Positions 24,701-36,602 of a stretch of 64,000 nt of DNA are shown piece after piece. Source of the DNA: Tubulanus polymorphus (Eukaryota > Animalia > Nemertea); NCBI RefSeq assembly GCF_964204645.1, contig NC_134026.1:14418150-14482149 (forward strand), read 5' to 3'. The notes under the pieces are model-generated. The model saw only the letters and a list, made by a program, of their open reading frames with translations, did no database searches and was not told the DNA's origin. The first letter of the stretch is position 1. Each line of letters starts with the position of its first letter. A program made the translations under genes and the position numbers.

Positions 24701-25676
24701 TTATCTAAAACAAGGAATGGTTCTAAAAAAAGTACATAGATATATTTCATTCAGTCAATCTAAGTGGTTAGAAAAATATATAGATTTTAACACCAAACAG
24801 AGAACTGAAGCTAAAACTGATTTCGAGAAAGATTTCTTCAAGTTAATGAATAATGCATTCTATGGTTAGACTTGTGAAAATATTAGAAATAGAAATGATA
24901 TTGAGTTAGTTAGTAATGGTAAAAGGATAAGGCATTTACAAACATATCCTAAGTTCATTGGTAACAGAATATTTGATGAAAATTTAGCCGCAGTTAAGAT
25001 GAGAAGAACATCAATGAAATTTAATAAACCAATCTATGTTGGCGCTTCAGTTTTAGAATTATCAAAATTACTAATGTATGAATTCTATTATAATGTATTA
25101 CAACCACTTTTTGGAGAAAAACATATAGAAATATTATATTTTGATACTGACAGTTACATATTAAAGATAAAAACTAATAACATAACAGATGATTTAAAAA
25201 CATTAAAACATCATTTTGATTTTAGTAACTATCCTAAAGATCATGAATTGTTTAGCAATGATAATAAAAATGTTCCAGGGAAGTTTAAGGATGAATTAGG
25301 TGGTGAAGAAATGATAGAGTTCATAGGTATTAGATCTAAAATGTATTCATATAAAACTAAAGAACATGAAGCTAAATAGTTAAAAGGAATAACCAAAAGT
25401 GTAGTAGAAAAGAATATTCATTTCAAAGATTACATCAATTGTATATTCAATGAAGAAGTTAGAAAACATAAGATGAGATGTTTAAGATCTGAAGATCATG
25501 AAATGTTTATTGAGGAAATTGAAAAGATTAGTCTAAACCCATTTGATGATAAAAGATATATTTTAGATGATGGAATTCATACAGTTGCTTATGGTTGTAA
25601 TTTAGATGAATACTTAGAATTTAAAAGAGAAGAAACAAAAGAGAACGAGATAATGAAAAGAATTCTAACGTGTTAA
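21722..25676 (+). pseudogene. polB: Protein-primed family B DNA polymerase with N-terminal C2H2 fingers, vOTU-like domain and EndoVII/HNH insertion
   Basis: ExoI YGDFES, ExoII FHNLSGYD, ExoIII YLKSDVLLL, Pol motifs YIDANN.YG, KLMNNAFYG and YFDTDS; insertion CYYC..RDHDHLNGKFRGAAHENCN; DDKCFLW..HY; broken into several ORFs by stops and frameshifts. Confidence 0.95.
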
Positions 25677-25705
25677 TCAAATTTTAATAAAAATATGTAT
25701 TATAA

Positions 25706-26064
25706 ATGGAGAGTAAACAAGTGCACAGTGAGAACAACAAATCATTTCTAGATAGAATAAAAGATACTTCAAATGTCAAATCAGTAGATTATAAATTTAA
25801 GAAGTTAAAAGAAAAGAATTAATAATCCATAAGAAATATTTAATTACAAATATTGATACAGTTACTAACAAATATGGAGATAAATAAGTTATACACTTAG
25901 AATATGAAGGATTAAAAGGAAATACATATAAATTCAGAACATATTTACCGGATAGATTTCATAGATTATCAAGTGAAGACTTAGAAGAATTATGTTCTGG
26001 AGATTTCTATTTCGTATACAAAGGTAAGAATGAAAAAGGGCACCATGAAATAGATTTCGAATAA
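25706..26064 (+). pseudogene. Small Polinton protein of unknown function (MESKQVHSE...)
   Basis: TAAATG start, frameshifted; homologue at ~60440-60775 on the minus strand. Confidence 0.6.
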
Positions 26065-26081
26065 GAAAATATGTAAAATAA

Positions 26082-26814
26082 ATGGCGGAAAGAATACAGA
26101 ATATTTGTTGATTCTAGAAGGCTTACAAATTATAAATCTCATAATTTACTAGTTCAATTAGATAGGGAATATAAAAATTGTGTTGATTTAAAATTAGTAA
26201 ATATAAGTTTATGTAATTCTTTTTATAATATATCGAATAAAACTGTTGAACATAGAGCCTTTTTAATTTTTAATAAAAATAAAAATGAATGGGCCTATAT
26301 ATATTTAAAACCGGGGATATATAATTTAGATACATTGGCACAAGAAATTAATAGAAAAGCCTGGCACAAGTCAGGTAATAATTCCGGTTTAATATTAGAT
26401 TTTTAAAAAGTGAGAGTTCTGGCTGATATTGAAAAACATAAATTTATGGTAAAAAAACCTATAGCTAAACTGTTAGGAATTCCTCCAGATAAATCTTTTA
26501 CAAATATTGAAGCTACACCAAACTTAATACCTTTTACACACTTTTATATTTATTGCAATTTAACCGATCCTACAAAAACATTCGAAGCAACTAAAGATAT
26601 AACTTGTAATTCTGGTTTACTAAAAATTTTACCATTGAAGAATGTTAAAGAATTTGGAACGCAAATAAATTATAATTTAACAGAATGTGATTTCAAACCA
26701 TGCATTCCTCGTTTTAATAATTTTAGATTAGAAATTAGAAATCATAATGGATACTTAATTGATTTAAATAATTTCCCTGTAATTTATGAATTAGTTATAA
26801 GATGTAGAGAGTAA
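26082..26814 (+). pseudogene. Minor capsid protein (penton), copy A
   Basis: Pattern AKLLG..FYIYCNL..LLKILP..GTQINY..FRLEIRNHNGYLIDLN typical of Polinton single-jelly-roll pentons; frameshifted. Confidence 0.7.
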
Positions 26815-26831
26815 TTTTTTTCACTATATAA

Positions 26832-27149
26832 ATGAATATAACTGTTGGCCCGAGTATATGTTTTGGGTTTGATTTTAAACATGGTAAAGAAATGAGAATT
26901 AAACTAAATGATGTAATTACTGATATAAGAAGTAAATCATTTAACAATGCATCAATGATTAATGAAGAAAATTATAATATAGAAAAAGTAATTGATTTAA
27001 TTAAATCACCTTTAGAATATTATGAATTAAATGAAGATGGAATTATTGTTGATATTAAAAACATATTATCCAAAATATATGATAATCATAAAAGTAGTAA
27101 TGAAATAAATGTTGAATTAATCATCACTAAGATAACTAAAGAGTTTTGA
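26832..27149 (+). CDS. Polinton hypothetical protein, 105 aa
   Basis: Intact ORF with TAAATG start; homologue at 54832-55047. Confidence 0.7.
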   Translation: MNITVGPSICFGFDFKHGKEMRIKLNDVITDIRSKSFNNASMINEENYNIEKVIDLIKSPLEYYELNEDGIIVDIKNILSKIYDNHKSSNEINVELIITKITKEF

Positions 27150-27174
27150 TGATAGTAATTTTTTTGATAAATAA

Positions 27175-27396
27175 ATGAGTGATAATAAGTGGATAATAAC
27201 TGGATTATATAATGGAGCATTACTATCAGTTGGAACTGTTGGTTATTCAATGGTATTAAAAAAAGTATTCAAAATGGGAAGTGTTAATGTTGATAGATTT
27301 GATATAAACGATATCTTAAAATTAACGTTAGCAGTTACTTTATCTAATTTAACTATTAATTATTTGGAAAAACAAAAATATATTCCTCCCATATAA
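27175..27396 (+). CDS. Small hydrophobic Polinton protein, 73 aa
   Basis: Intact ORF with two hydrophobic segments; homologue at ~54463-54683. Confidence 0.7.
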   Translation: MSDNKWIITGLYNGALLSVGTVGYSMVLKKVFKMGSVNVDRFDINDILKLTLAVTLSNLTINYLEKQKYIPPI

Positions 27397-27420
27397 ATGC
27401 ATAATGTTTTTGCTAAATAA

Positions 27421-27702
27421 ATGGCTTCTGCAATTATAACTATTATAGGATCGGCAATTGTTAACGCTTAAGCATTTACTGGTGGTGGTTATTTATTCAA
27501 GCATATTGATAACAATAGTTCATTAGGAGAACAAAGAAGACATAACTTAGCATTAGAAAAATACAATAAAGCAGCAGAAGAATATAGAGAAAAGAGACAA
27601 AACTATTTGGATTATATTAACAAGGAATTATATGATCAGAAGATTTCACATAGAGATTTTCAATCAGTTGATGATGCAATGAGTTTATATAACGCGGTAA
27701 CC
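27421..27702 (+). pseudogene. Polinton protein with hydrophobic N-terminus and coiled coil, 3'-truncated
   Basis: MASAIITIIGSAIVNA..GGGYLFK..EQRRHNLALEK; intact homologue at 54016-54438. Confidence 0.7.
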
Positions 27703-27802
27703 AGTTCTTGGTATATCCTTTCGTTTTCTTTATGTTTTATTGTTTTATTAAGGAAAAATTTTTTTTCTAATGGTTCGATGTAATTTTTTTGTGATATAAA
27801 TA

Positions 27803-28490
27803 ATGGCGGAATTAGAAGAATATAGAATATTTCCTGATTCTAGAAAACTTGCAAATTATACATCACATAATTTACTAGTACAATTAGATAGAGAATTTAA
27901 AAATTGTGTAGATTTAAAATTAGTAAATTTAAGTTTATGTAATTCTTTTCATAATATATCGAATAAAGTCTTGATCATTTAGCTTTTAAAATTCATGTAA
28001 GAAAATTGATAAATGGTTTCATATTTATCTAAAACCAGGATTATATAATTTAGAAACATTAGCGCAAGAAATTAATAAAAGAGCTCGTTTAAAAATGGGT
28101 GCAGCTGCTCGATTTCAAATTAGATTTATTAAAAGTGATAGTTCGAATAAAATAAGAATAAGGTTAACTAATGAAAAACATAGATTTCTAGTAAGAAAAC
28201 CTTTAGCTAAACTGTTTGGAATTCTTCCAGATAGAGATTATTAAATATTGATACTTATACAAATATAATGCCTTTTACCTACAAAAACATTTGACGCAAC
28301 TAAAGATACAATTTGTAATTCTAGTATATTGAATATTTTACCATCAAAAAATGTTAAACAATTTGGAACACAAATAAATTATAATTTAGCTGAATGTGAT
28401 TTCCTTGTATTCCAAAATTTAATAATTTTAAATTAGAAATAAGAAATCATAATGGTTACTTAATTGATTTAAATAACTTTCCTGTAATTA
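27803..28490 (+). pseudogene. Minor capsid protein (penton), divergent copy B
   Basis: MAELEEYRIFPDSRKLANYTSHN..VQLDREFKNCVDLKLVN aligns with 26082-26814; frameshifted. Confidence 0.65.
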
Positions 28491-28510
28491 GTAATTTCTT
28501 TTCTAAATAA

Positions 28511-28943
28511 ATGGATGATAAAGTTGATAATATTGATATTATTTCTCATGATATAAATAAAACTAAATTAAAATTATATTTGGAAAAACAAATATTAGAA
28601 TTTGAAAATGATTTAAAAATTAAAAAAAAAACATTTAAAAAGCAAAATTACATATTATATTATTATTAGTAGTTCAGTTACAATTAGTTCCGTGATAACA
28701 TTTCTAGCATTATTCTCACCATTAACACCTTTAGCTATCTCAATTGGAGCTTTAGGTTTAAGTTCAAGTGTATTAACCGGCACAAGTTAAAAATTAAATA
28801 TAAAAAGTAATAAAGAAAAAATTAAATGTAATATAAAAGAAATTAATAAATTGAAAAATACATTACATTATATAATGAGTTTAAATGGCCATATAACAGT
28901 TGAAGAACAAGATAAATTATTAAAAGAATTAGTTAATTATTAA
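28511..28943 (+). pseudogene. Polinton membrane protein with a hydrophobic hairpin between coiled coils
   Basis: MDDKVD..YYIISSSVTISSVITFLALFSPLTPLAISIGALGLSSSVLTG; homologue at ~53566-53996. Confidence 0.65.
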
Positions 28944-28959
28944 TTTTTTAATTATATAA

Positions 28960-30348
28960 ATGGCAGATAGTTTTCCAAAAGCTTTCCAATATAATAAATC
29001 AATTAAATATAATATTCCTGCAATAGATTTTAATAAAGATATTACATATAGAAATGAAGTTTTAGATTCATTAACTAATTTAGAAATTTATGTTAAGTTA
29101 CTAATAATTTTAATGCAAAGATGGAAAATATGTTTCATGTATATTTAATTAATTTTAAAAAATTGAAAGATGAAAAACAATGGTTATTAAAATCTAATAT
29201 GAAGTATTGGCAGAACCAATTAAATTTTGCAGTTTATTGTGCAACAACAGGATGTGGAATTAGTTGGAATGATCATTTGAATAATTCTAAATATAAATTA
29301 ATTCAAAGTTTATTTAGATTTCATACATACTTTCAAATCAGAATAATATTAAATGAATTAGAGTGCGCTTTACCAGGATCTAGATATTTTAAAGAATTAG
29401 ATAATAATATTAATTTATCAAAGTTTTATAAAATTTGCAATGAATTTAATAAAGATATAAATAATTCTGATTTTAGAACAAAAATTGGAACAATAAGATC
29501 ACTTCCTTGCCCTAAAAAGATTGCAGAATATTGTGCACTTCCCATACCATCCAATAGTTTTTATAATATCTATAATAATAAATTAGGTTATGGTAAAATA
29601 GAAACTAAGGATTTAGAAACATTAAATTTCAATAAATTACCGAAATTTTATGATCATTTAAAACAAGAAAACAATAATGGTTGGGTTTATTTTATTTTAG
29701 AAAATAGTGAAGGTTTTACTAAATCAGGTATAGAAAGAATAAATCAATCTATTAGAACTTATTTGATATGTATTTTAGGTGCGCAAGTTGAAACAAGATC
29801 CCCAATAATTGGAAATTTAAATACATCATTTGATACACAGAAACAATTCAAAGTATTATTTGAAGATTCTATTCATAATGATGAAAATAGATCGATTCCA
29901 GAAAACATTGTAAGATATCAAAATTATCTAGATAAATCACATATTAGACTAAATTATTTCATAGGCCCTAGTCTATTAATTATTTCTAATGATTTAGTAT
30001 TAAAGATGGGAAACATAATTGGTTATAATAATCTAATTAAAACTGCAACAAAAAATAATTCATTTGGATTAAATGATATAAATAAAAAGATTATTACTGC
30101 TCCAAAATTAATGGAAGGTGAAAAAAATAAAAAAACATATTCAATCAACAGAAACTAAAACTAATAATATTAAATTAAATAATGATTCTAAAATAAAAGA
30201 TTAAAATACATCAGAAGATGTAAAAACTGATTATATTCAACATGAAATAATCAAACTAAATGATGATAATAAATCCCATGAAAATACTAAATTAGCTATA
30301 ACTTGTATAGGAATTGTAATCGGAGGAACATTATATTTTAAATTTTAA
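28960..30348 (+). pseudogene. Conserved Polinton protein (YWQNQLNFAVYCATTGCG) with C-terminal hydrophobic anchor
   Basis: ORFs 28960-29148 and 29121-30158 join by frameshift, as shown by the contiguous homologue 53199-53546; ends LAITCIGIVIGGTLYFKF. Confidence 0.7.
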
Positions 30349-30363
30349 TTTTTTATTATGTAA

Positions 30364-31460
30364 ATGGATGTAGAAGGTGGAGAAGATTATGAAATGGGAG
30401 AAATGGGAAATAATAATGAGGGATATATTGATGATGATTATAATGATGCAGAAACTAATATTGATGATGGTAATGAATCAGCATATAATTCTAATTTAGC
30501 AGATAGTGGTTCTAAAGCCCTATCAACAGATGAACATGATAGAAGAACTAGATCGAGAATAGATCCTGAAAATTTAAATCCAGATTTAGTAAAACAAAAT
30601 TTTGAAAATTATAAATTTATATATAAATTCCAACCAGTATTTGAAAGATCTGGATATAATATAAATGACAGAGGTGCCAGACTTTTAGTAGAAAATTTAA
30701 AATATTTATATGGTGAATATTATTATCATTTGGATGGTGATTATTATACTAATATCACTAATCAAAAGACAAGACTAAGTAAAATATTATCAGAATCAAC
30801 TTTAAAAAAATTAGAACCAGAAAAGAATTAACTGATAAAAATAAAGAAATAGAACAATTAAAGTCTGATTTAGATCATCAAGTAATTGATGAAATAGAAT
30901 ATAGGCAAAAAGAATTACGTTTAGAAAAAGAAAAAGATGATTTAGAATATAACATAGAATTACAAAAAGAAGAAATTAAATTATTGTTAAAATCATATGA
31001 TTATAATATTAATAGATTAAAAGTTATTTTTAAAGATTTATTGATAAAACCAAATTCTGAAATATCATTGAAAGATAGAATAAAGTTATTATTTAAATTA
31101 GAAGGAATAACAATTCTTTCAATTCTAACAGCTGTAACTATGTTATTTACAACAATTGGTTTAGCAATATCAAATGCTTTAAAATCTACTCCTACTCCAA
31201 ATAAACCGGATAAGCCCCCAGATAATAATTCTATACAAGATAAAGTTAAGGATGGTTTAAAGAAATTAGCAAAATATTTATGGGAACTATCTAAAAAATC
31301 TGCTGCAGCATTACCAGGAGTTATTGCATCAATTGTTCGTTTTATATTGAAATCTGCAGGAAACATTATTAACTCTGCTGCTAAACATATTTTTTTATTT
31401 TTAATTACAGTTGTAAGTGCAATTATTTTTGAGCTAGTAAACATGATAAAGAATAAATAA
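30364..31460 (+). pseudogene. Acidic/coiled-coil protein with C-terminal amphipathic and transmembrane helices
   Basis: ORFs 30364-30831 and 30984-31460 separated by a frameshift; ITILSILTAVTMLFTTIGLAI and LPGVIASIVRFIL segments. Confidence 0.65.
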
Positions 31461-31480
31461 TTAATTTTTTTGTTAAATAA

Positions 31481-32730
31481 ATGAGTGGGAGTTATATCAA
31501 TCCTTCTAAGAATCATAAAATATCTAATGCTATTAAAGCAGAAAGATCACATCATATAATTACTCATAACCCTTCTAATATTAATCCTGATGAAACTTTA
31601 TATGTTAGAATTCCTCGATTAACACAAAATACTTTTTATGTTCCAAATAGTATTTATTTATCAGCCGATATAAAAGTAACCGGTAATAATAATAATTATG
31701 TTGTCGATAATGTTGGAAGATATTTGATTAAGAAATTAACAATAAAGATCGGACCAGAAACAGTTTTCTCATTAGATGATTATAATTTATTCATGCATTA
31801 TAAAGATTTATGGTTAACTAAAGAAAATAGAAACAATATGATATTTCAAGGAATCCAATCAGAAAACCAAAATAAACTAAGATCAGAAACACATAATGCA
31901 ATATTAACTAATGCTATAGATAAATTGATAAAAAGTATATATGGAAGCAAATATAAAATTCCATTAGACTTTGAATTGATAAATAATAATGCACCTTTAT
32001 ATAAATATGCAATTCAAGAAGATGTTATATTCGAAATAACATTTGCTCCTGTAAATGAAATTGTAATATCTAGCGTTTATAAAGATATGGGTTATAAATT
32101 ATCGAATATATGTTTAGAATATGATACAGTAACTGATGAAAATATTTCAAGTATAATTCAAACTAAATACAATCAAGGATTTTCATTATTATATGATTAT
32201 ATTGATAAATTAAAAAAACCGTAACTATTAATGCAAGTGATGAAATTATTAATGAGAATATTAACTTCCCAAGAAGATCTATTAAAGGTATATTAATATT
32301 TTTTACCATTGCAACATATACTAATGGCGCAATAAATGTTGATAATTATTATAATCCTGAAATAACAAAAGTAGAAATAACTATCGAAGGAATAGCAAAT
32401 GAAATATTTTGTCAAGGAATGAGAATGATAAATCAATGGCCAGAAATTAGAAAACATTTTATGAATGAAAAAGTAAAATCATCTGAAAATTGTAATATTA
32501 ATCAAATTGATTATTATACCGGTAATAAATATGCATTATGGTTAGATTTTAGAACAACAGAGGATAATTCATTACATGGTTCTGGAAAAAAATTACAGAA
32601 CACTAAAGATGGAATACAATTATTCATGACAAAGAATAAAGGAATCAAAAATTTTGAAATACACATTTTTATTATATCTGACGCGCAATTAAATATTGTA
32701 AATTCTCAATTAAATAGTGTTATGTATTAA
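31481..32730 (+). pseudogene. Major capsid protein (double jelly-roll)
   Basis: About 415 codons with one frameshift in an A-run near 32215; beta-rich motifs LIKKLTIKIG, YKIPLDF, YKLSNICLEYD and ALWLDFR; size and position fit a Polinton MCP. Confidence 0.75.
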
Positions 32731-32762
32731 AATTCTAACTTTAATAAAAATTTATATAATAA

Positions 32763-33608
32763 ATGGAAGGAGGTAAAGTATATAAACATATTCCATACAT
32801 CGATACACATGAACATAATGATGGTTTATATTATGTAATACCTTGTAATATAGCTTTGATATTTGATCCTATTTTCAAAATTTATAAAACTAAACTAATA
32901 GAAATCGATAATAATACAAGTGGTGTTGTTGATAATTTAAGTAATGTAATTGATAATAATGTAATACCTTCTACATCTAATAATGTAATACCTTCTACAT
33001 CTAATAATGTAATACCTTCTACATCTAATAATGTAATACCTTTTACATCTAATAATGAAATAATATTAAATATTAGTGAAAAAAGAAATTATTGTGATTA
33101 TTGTAAAGGTGAATTTTCAAACGCTCCATCAAATTGGAATAAACATATGAATACAAGGGTACATATTACTAATGTTATAGAACGTGTTGGTTTAAGAGAA
33201 TTTATAGAACACCCATTTAGATATGTTACAAAATTTGTTTCAAATAAAAAAGTAAATGGTAAAGAATTATATGAAGATTTATTATTAGCAACACCTAATA
33301 AAGATGAATTAGATTTAACCGATGCTAATAAAATATTAGGATCAAACATTGTAAATGAAATATTAGGAGCAAACACTAATAGAGATAATAATGAAGATAT
33401 AGTTACAGATATTGATAATAAAGATTCTATGAAACATAAAGTAGAAAATAATGATAAATTTGATTGGATGAATAAGCATAACAATGAAACAACTATTGAT
33501 GATGCGGTAAAAAGGGTGATGAATAAGTATAAAAATGATGAAGAATTTGAAGAAGGTTCGGTAGAGAGTTTGAATAAATTGTTGGGGTATGATAGTGAAA
33601 GTGATTAA
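32763..33608 (+). CDS. Polinton protein with (NNVIPSTS)x4 repeat and C2H2 zinc finger
   Basis: Intact 281-aa ORF; CDYC..KHMNTRVH; partial homologue at 52110-52525. Confidence 0.75.
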   Translation: MEGGKVYKHIPYIDTHEHNDGLYYVIPCNIALIFDPIFKIYKTKLIEIDNNTSGVVDNLSNVIDNNVIPSTSNNVIPSTSNNVIPSTSNNVIPFTSNNEIILNISEKRNYCDYCKGEFSNAPSNWNKHMNTRVHITNVIERVGLREFIEHPFRYVTKFVSNKKVNGKELYEDLLLATPNKDELDLTDANKILGSNIVNEILGANTNRDNNEDIVTDIDNKDSMKHKVENNDKFDWMNKHNNETTIDDAVKRVMNKYKNDEEFEEGSVESLNKLLGYDSESD

Positions 33609-33991
33609 AATATTAATTATATTTAACACAAATAATTATATTAGTTGAAAATTGTATAAAATAATAGTAAATAAAAAAGGGGGTTTTAAGTATTTAAGGT
33701 ATTTAAGGTATCTAATACATATCTAATACAATCTAATACAATCTAATACATAAAATATCTTATTTTATAAACTGATATTCATATGGAAATTGAAACCTCA
33801 GTAATAATAAATAACATTTATTATTTTCAAACTTATTCATATATTAGTTGAAAAAATAAAAATAAATTGGTTGAAAATTGTATAAATAATATTTATTTTC
33901 AAAAAGGGGGTTTTAAGTATTTAAGGTATCTAATAGGGTATCAGGTATTAGGGTATCTAATAAGGTATCTAATACATAGGTATATAAATAG

Positions 33992-34603
33992 TTATTTTAT
34001 AAATTTATATTCATAGGGAAATTTTAGTCTCAGTAATAATTTTGAACCTTTATTATTCTTTAATTTATTCATATATTCATCATGTAATTCAGTAGGTATA
34101 ATTTGATTTTCTTCCAATGATTGTTGCATAGATTTTCTATGTTTGTTATAAAATAAAACTAGAAATATTATGTTCTCCCTAAAGTCTTTAACAATTGAAT
34201 TATATTTTTGATTTAAAACCCATGTTGTTATCCCAAAATGTCTCCCAGAGAAAGCTAAATAACATAACTCACTTTCTCTCACTTTTGAATCATGTAAATT
34301 AGCGCAATCATCTATAATGAATAATGTATTGGATCCTTTATAAGTATCAATTGCTTTTTTAATACAATTATCTAAATTTTCTTTTACTGTTTTAGGATCT
34401 AATATAATAAACTTTTTTATCTTAACTATATCTCTATTACTTGTTTTATTCATTTCATAAGTAGGAAAGAATAATATTATATTATCAAAATGATTCTTGT
34501 AAATAGTTTCTAACAAATCTAATATGAAATTTGTTTTACCACAATTGGTTACTCCAGTAACTAACATATTATGCGGTTCAAATATAAATAAATCTTTATT
34601 CAT
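33992..34603 (-). CDS. A32/FtsK-like genome packaging ATPase
   Basis: Walker A GVTNCGKT, Walker B LFIIDD and motif SGRHFGITTWVLNQ. Confidence 0.92.
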   Translation of the reverse strand: MNKDLFIFEPHNMLVTGVTNCGKTNFILDLLETIYKNHFDNIILFFPTYEMNKTSNRDIVKIKKFIILDPKTVKENLDNCIKKAIDTYKGSNTLFIIDDCANLHDSKVRESELCYLAFSGRHFGITTWVLNQKYNSIVKDFRENIIFLVLFYNKHRKSMQQSLEENQIIPTELHDEYMNKLKNNKGSKLLLRLKFPYEYKFIK

Positions 34604-35681
34604 TTATTCTTTTAATTTTACTAGATAAAATCCATTCATTAAATTTATCATCATATCCTTTATATTTCACCAAAGAATACTTTTTTCCTTTAAGAGTTTT
34701 TGTTTTCAATACTTTTTCTATTTTGTATTCTATTTCATCTGGATTTGGTACAAGTGATAATTCTTGTTCATAGAAATAACCTAATATTTCTTCATCTTTT
34801 AGATCTTCTAATTTCTAAACAAATGGTTTAGTTAATATTATCTTTTTAATCTTGAATATTTCTTCAGTAAAATTTGGAGTATAACCTTTATGAAATGTTT
34901 TTCTATATTTAGATATTCTGACATGTTGTCCTATTTCAAAATTTAGGTTCTCCGAAATCATGTGTAACAAATGCTCCATATAAATTATTCCAAACTATTT
35001 CTGAATTATCTTCTTTTCTAGCTTGTATAGGTTTCATATTTATAGAACTATGTTTAGAATTATTATAACCTGTCACTAAATCATCTAATGCATCGATATA
35101 TTTATATGTTTCATTAGCAGTAAATATTTCCACATTCTAGTTTTCAATGTTTTATTAAATCTTTCTATAATAGATGCTTTTTTATCTGAGTGTGTTGAAA
35201 AATAATCTACATCGTTATCAGATAATAGTTTTTTGAAATGTTTGTTATAAAATTCTTTACCTTCATCAAATTGTATCCTATCTGGAATAGCTTCTTTAAA
35301 TATTGATTTAAAAGCATTTGTCACTTCTATTCCAGTTTTATTTTTGATTGGAATTGACCATGCGTATCGACTGAATATGTCTATAACATTCAATATCCAG
35401 AAATATCCTTTGTTGTATTCCTCTAAGTTCTTCATGTCAATTAAATCTGCTTGCCATTGTTGATCGATATATGAAACCATAACTTTTCTTGTTAAATAAG
35501 TTTTATCCATTTTCTTGTGGATTTGATATGTTGGTTGATTTTGTAACCATAATCTTAGTTCACTATATTTTATATTTTCATTATCAGATTTAATTTTATT
35601 CCATAATTCTGAAACGTTAGAATATGATATTTCACTTTCTGGGTTATAATATAACTCTCTTAAATATTGTTCTTTTTTCAT
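34604..35681 (-). pseudogene. int: Retroviral-like DDE integrase with C-terminal chromodomain
   Basis: WQADLIDM, IDIFSRYAW, QFDEGKEF and IERFNKTLK; chromodomain YKIEKVL..YSLVKYKGY; frameshift near 35130. Confidence 0.95.
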
Positions 35682-35696
35682 CTTATTTCAATCCAT

Positions 35697-36001
35697 TAAT
35701 CATAATTTAGATTTAGTTTCCATGGCTTTATGATCTGATTTATTTTCTGGTATGATAGGTTTATTATCATTGGAATCATCTTTATCATCAGATTCATACT
35801 TATATTTATATATTACACCAGAGAATATAGAAGAATTAGATAAATTATTATTTGAATCAATATCAGTTAATTTCTGTGATTCATTTATATCAGTTAATTT
35901 CTTTTTCTTAGCTTTTTTAATTCTGCAGGTCTTTTACCTAATTCCTTTGCCCACTGCATTTGTTTCTCGGATCTAGGCTTTTTCTTAACGCTATCACTCA
36001 T
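35697..36001 (-). pseudogene. Small basic Polinton protein (MSDSVKKKPRSEKQ...)
   Basis: TAAATG start; homologue at 50079-50344 that includes a hydrophobic segment. Confidence 0.55.
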
Positions 36002-36602
36002 TTATTTTAGTTAATTTTTGTTCTGATTCATTTTCTGTCTCGCCGTTTGGTTGTAGTACATTTGTTTCGTTCTTACCTGATTTATATTCCATAGGCTTGA
36101 TGTTCGAAAATGTTATGGCACCAGTAGAAATTAATGTCATAACAGATCCTAATTGAAATGAAGCATAACCAACCCATTTTTGTAATTCAGTCATAACTAA
36201 GTAGTCATTTTTTAAATCACTATATAATTTATTCTCATCATCAATTGGTATTAACTTGTTACATAACTTAGAATAACATTTGACAATACCATCTGAAATA
36301 GAATCATTTATTCTAGCTAATCTAGCTTCTTCATAAATCTTAAAATATTTTATTACTTTATCTGGTTTCATAGCATCTAATTCTTGAAAAGTAATGATCT
36401 TAGTTAAAAACTCTTTACATTTACCACTAGCAATTAGTAATTCAAGATGGTGTTTACAATATAAGTAGTATTCATAATCTATATTACAATTAACTTGAAT
36501 ATTATTTTCAATTTTGGTTGGAATATCCTTATTATCACTAATACCCAAATCATCTAATGTTTTTTCAATACCAATACTATTCTTACTCGATTTCTTTGAC
36601 AT
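35994..36602 (-). CDS. Polinton hypothetical protein, 202 aa
   Basis: Intact ORF with TAAATG start; homologue at 49550-50086. Confidence 0.75.
   Translation of the reverse strand: MSKKSSKNSIGIEKTLDDLGISDNKDIPTKIENNIQVNCNIDYEYYLYCKHHLELLIASGKCKEFLTKIITFQELDAMKPDKVIKYFKIYEEARLARINDSISDGIVKCYSKLCNKLIPIDDENKLYSDLKNDYLVMTELQKWVGYASFQLGSVMTLISTGAITFSNIKPMEYKSGKNETNVLQPNGETENESEQKLTKINE

Noticed and set aside
31001-33629. Minus-strand ORFs 31001-31516, 33098-33484 and 33363-33629
   Set aside because: Antisense shadows of real plus-strand Polinton genes with no motifs.
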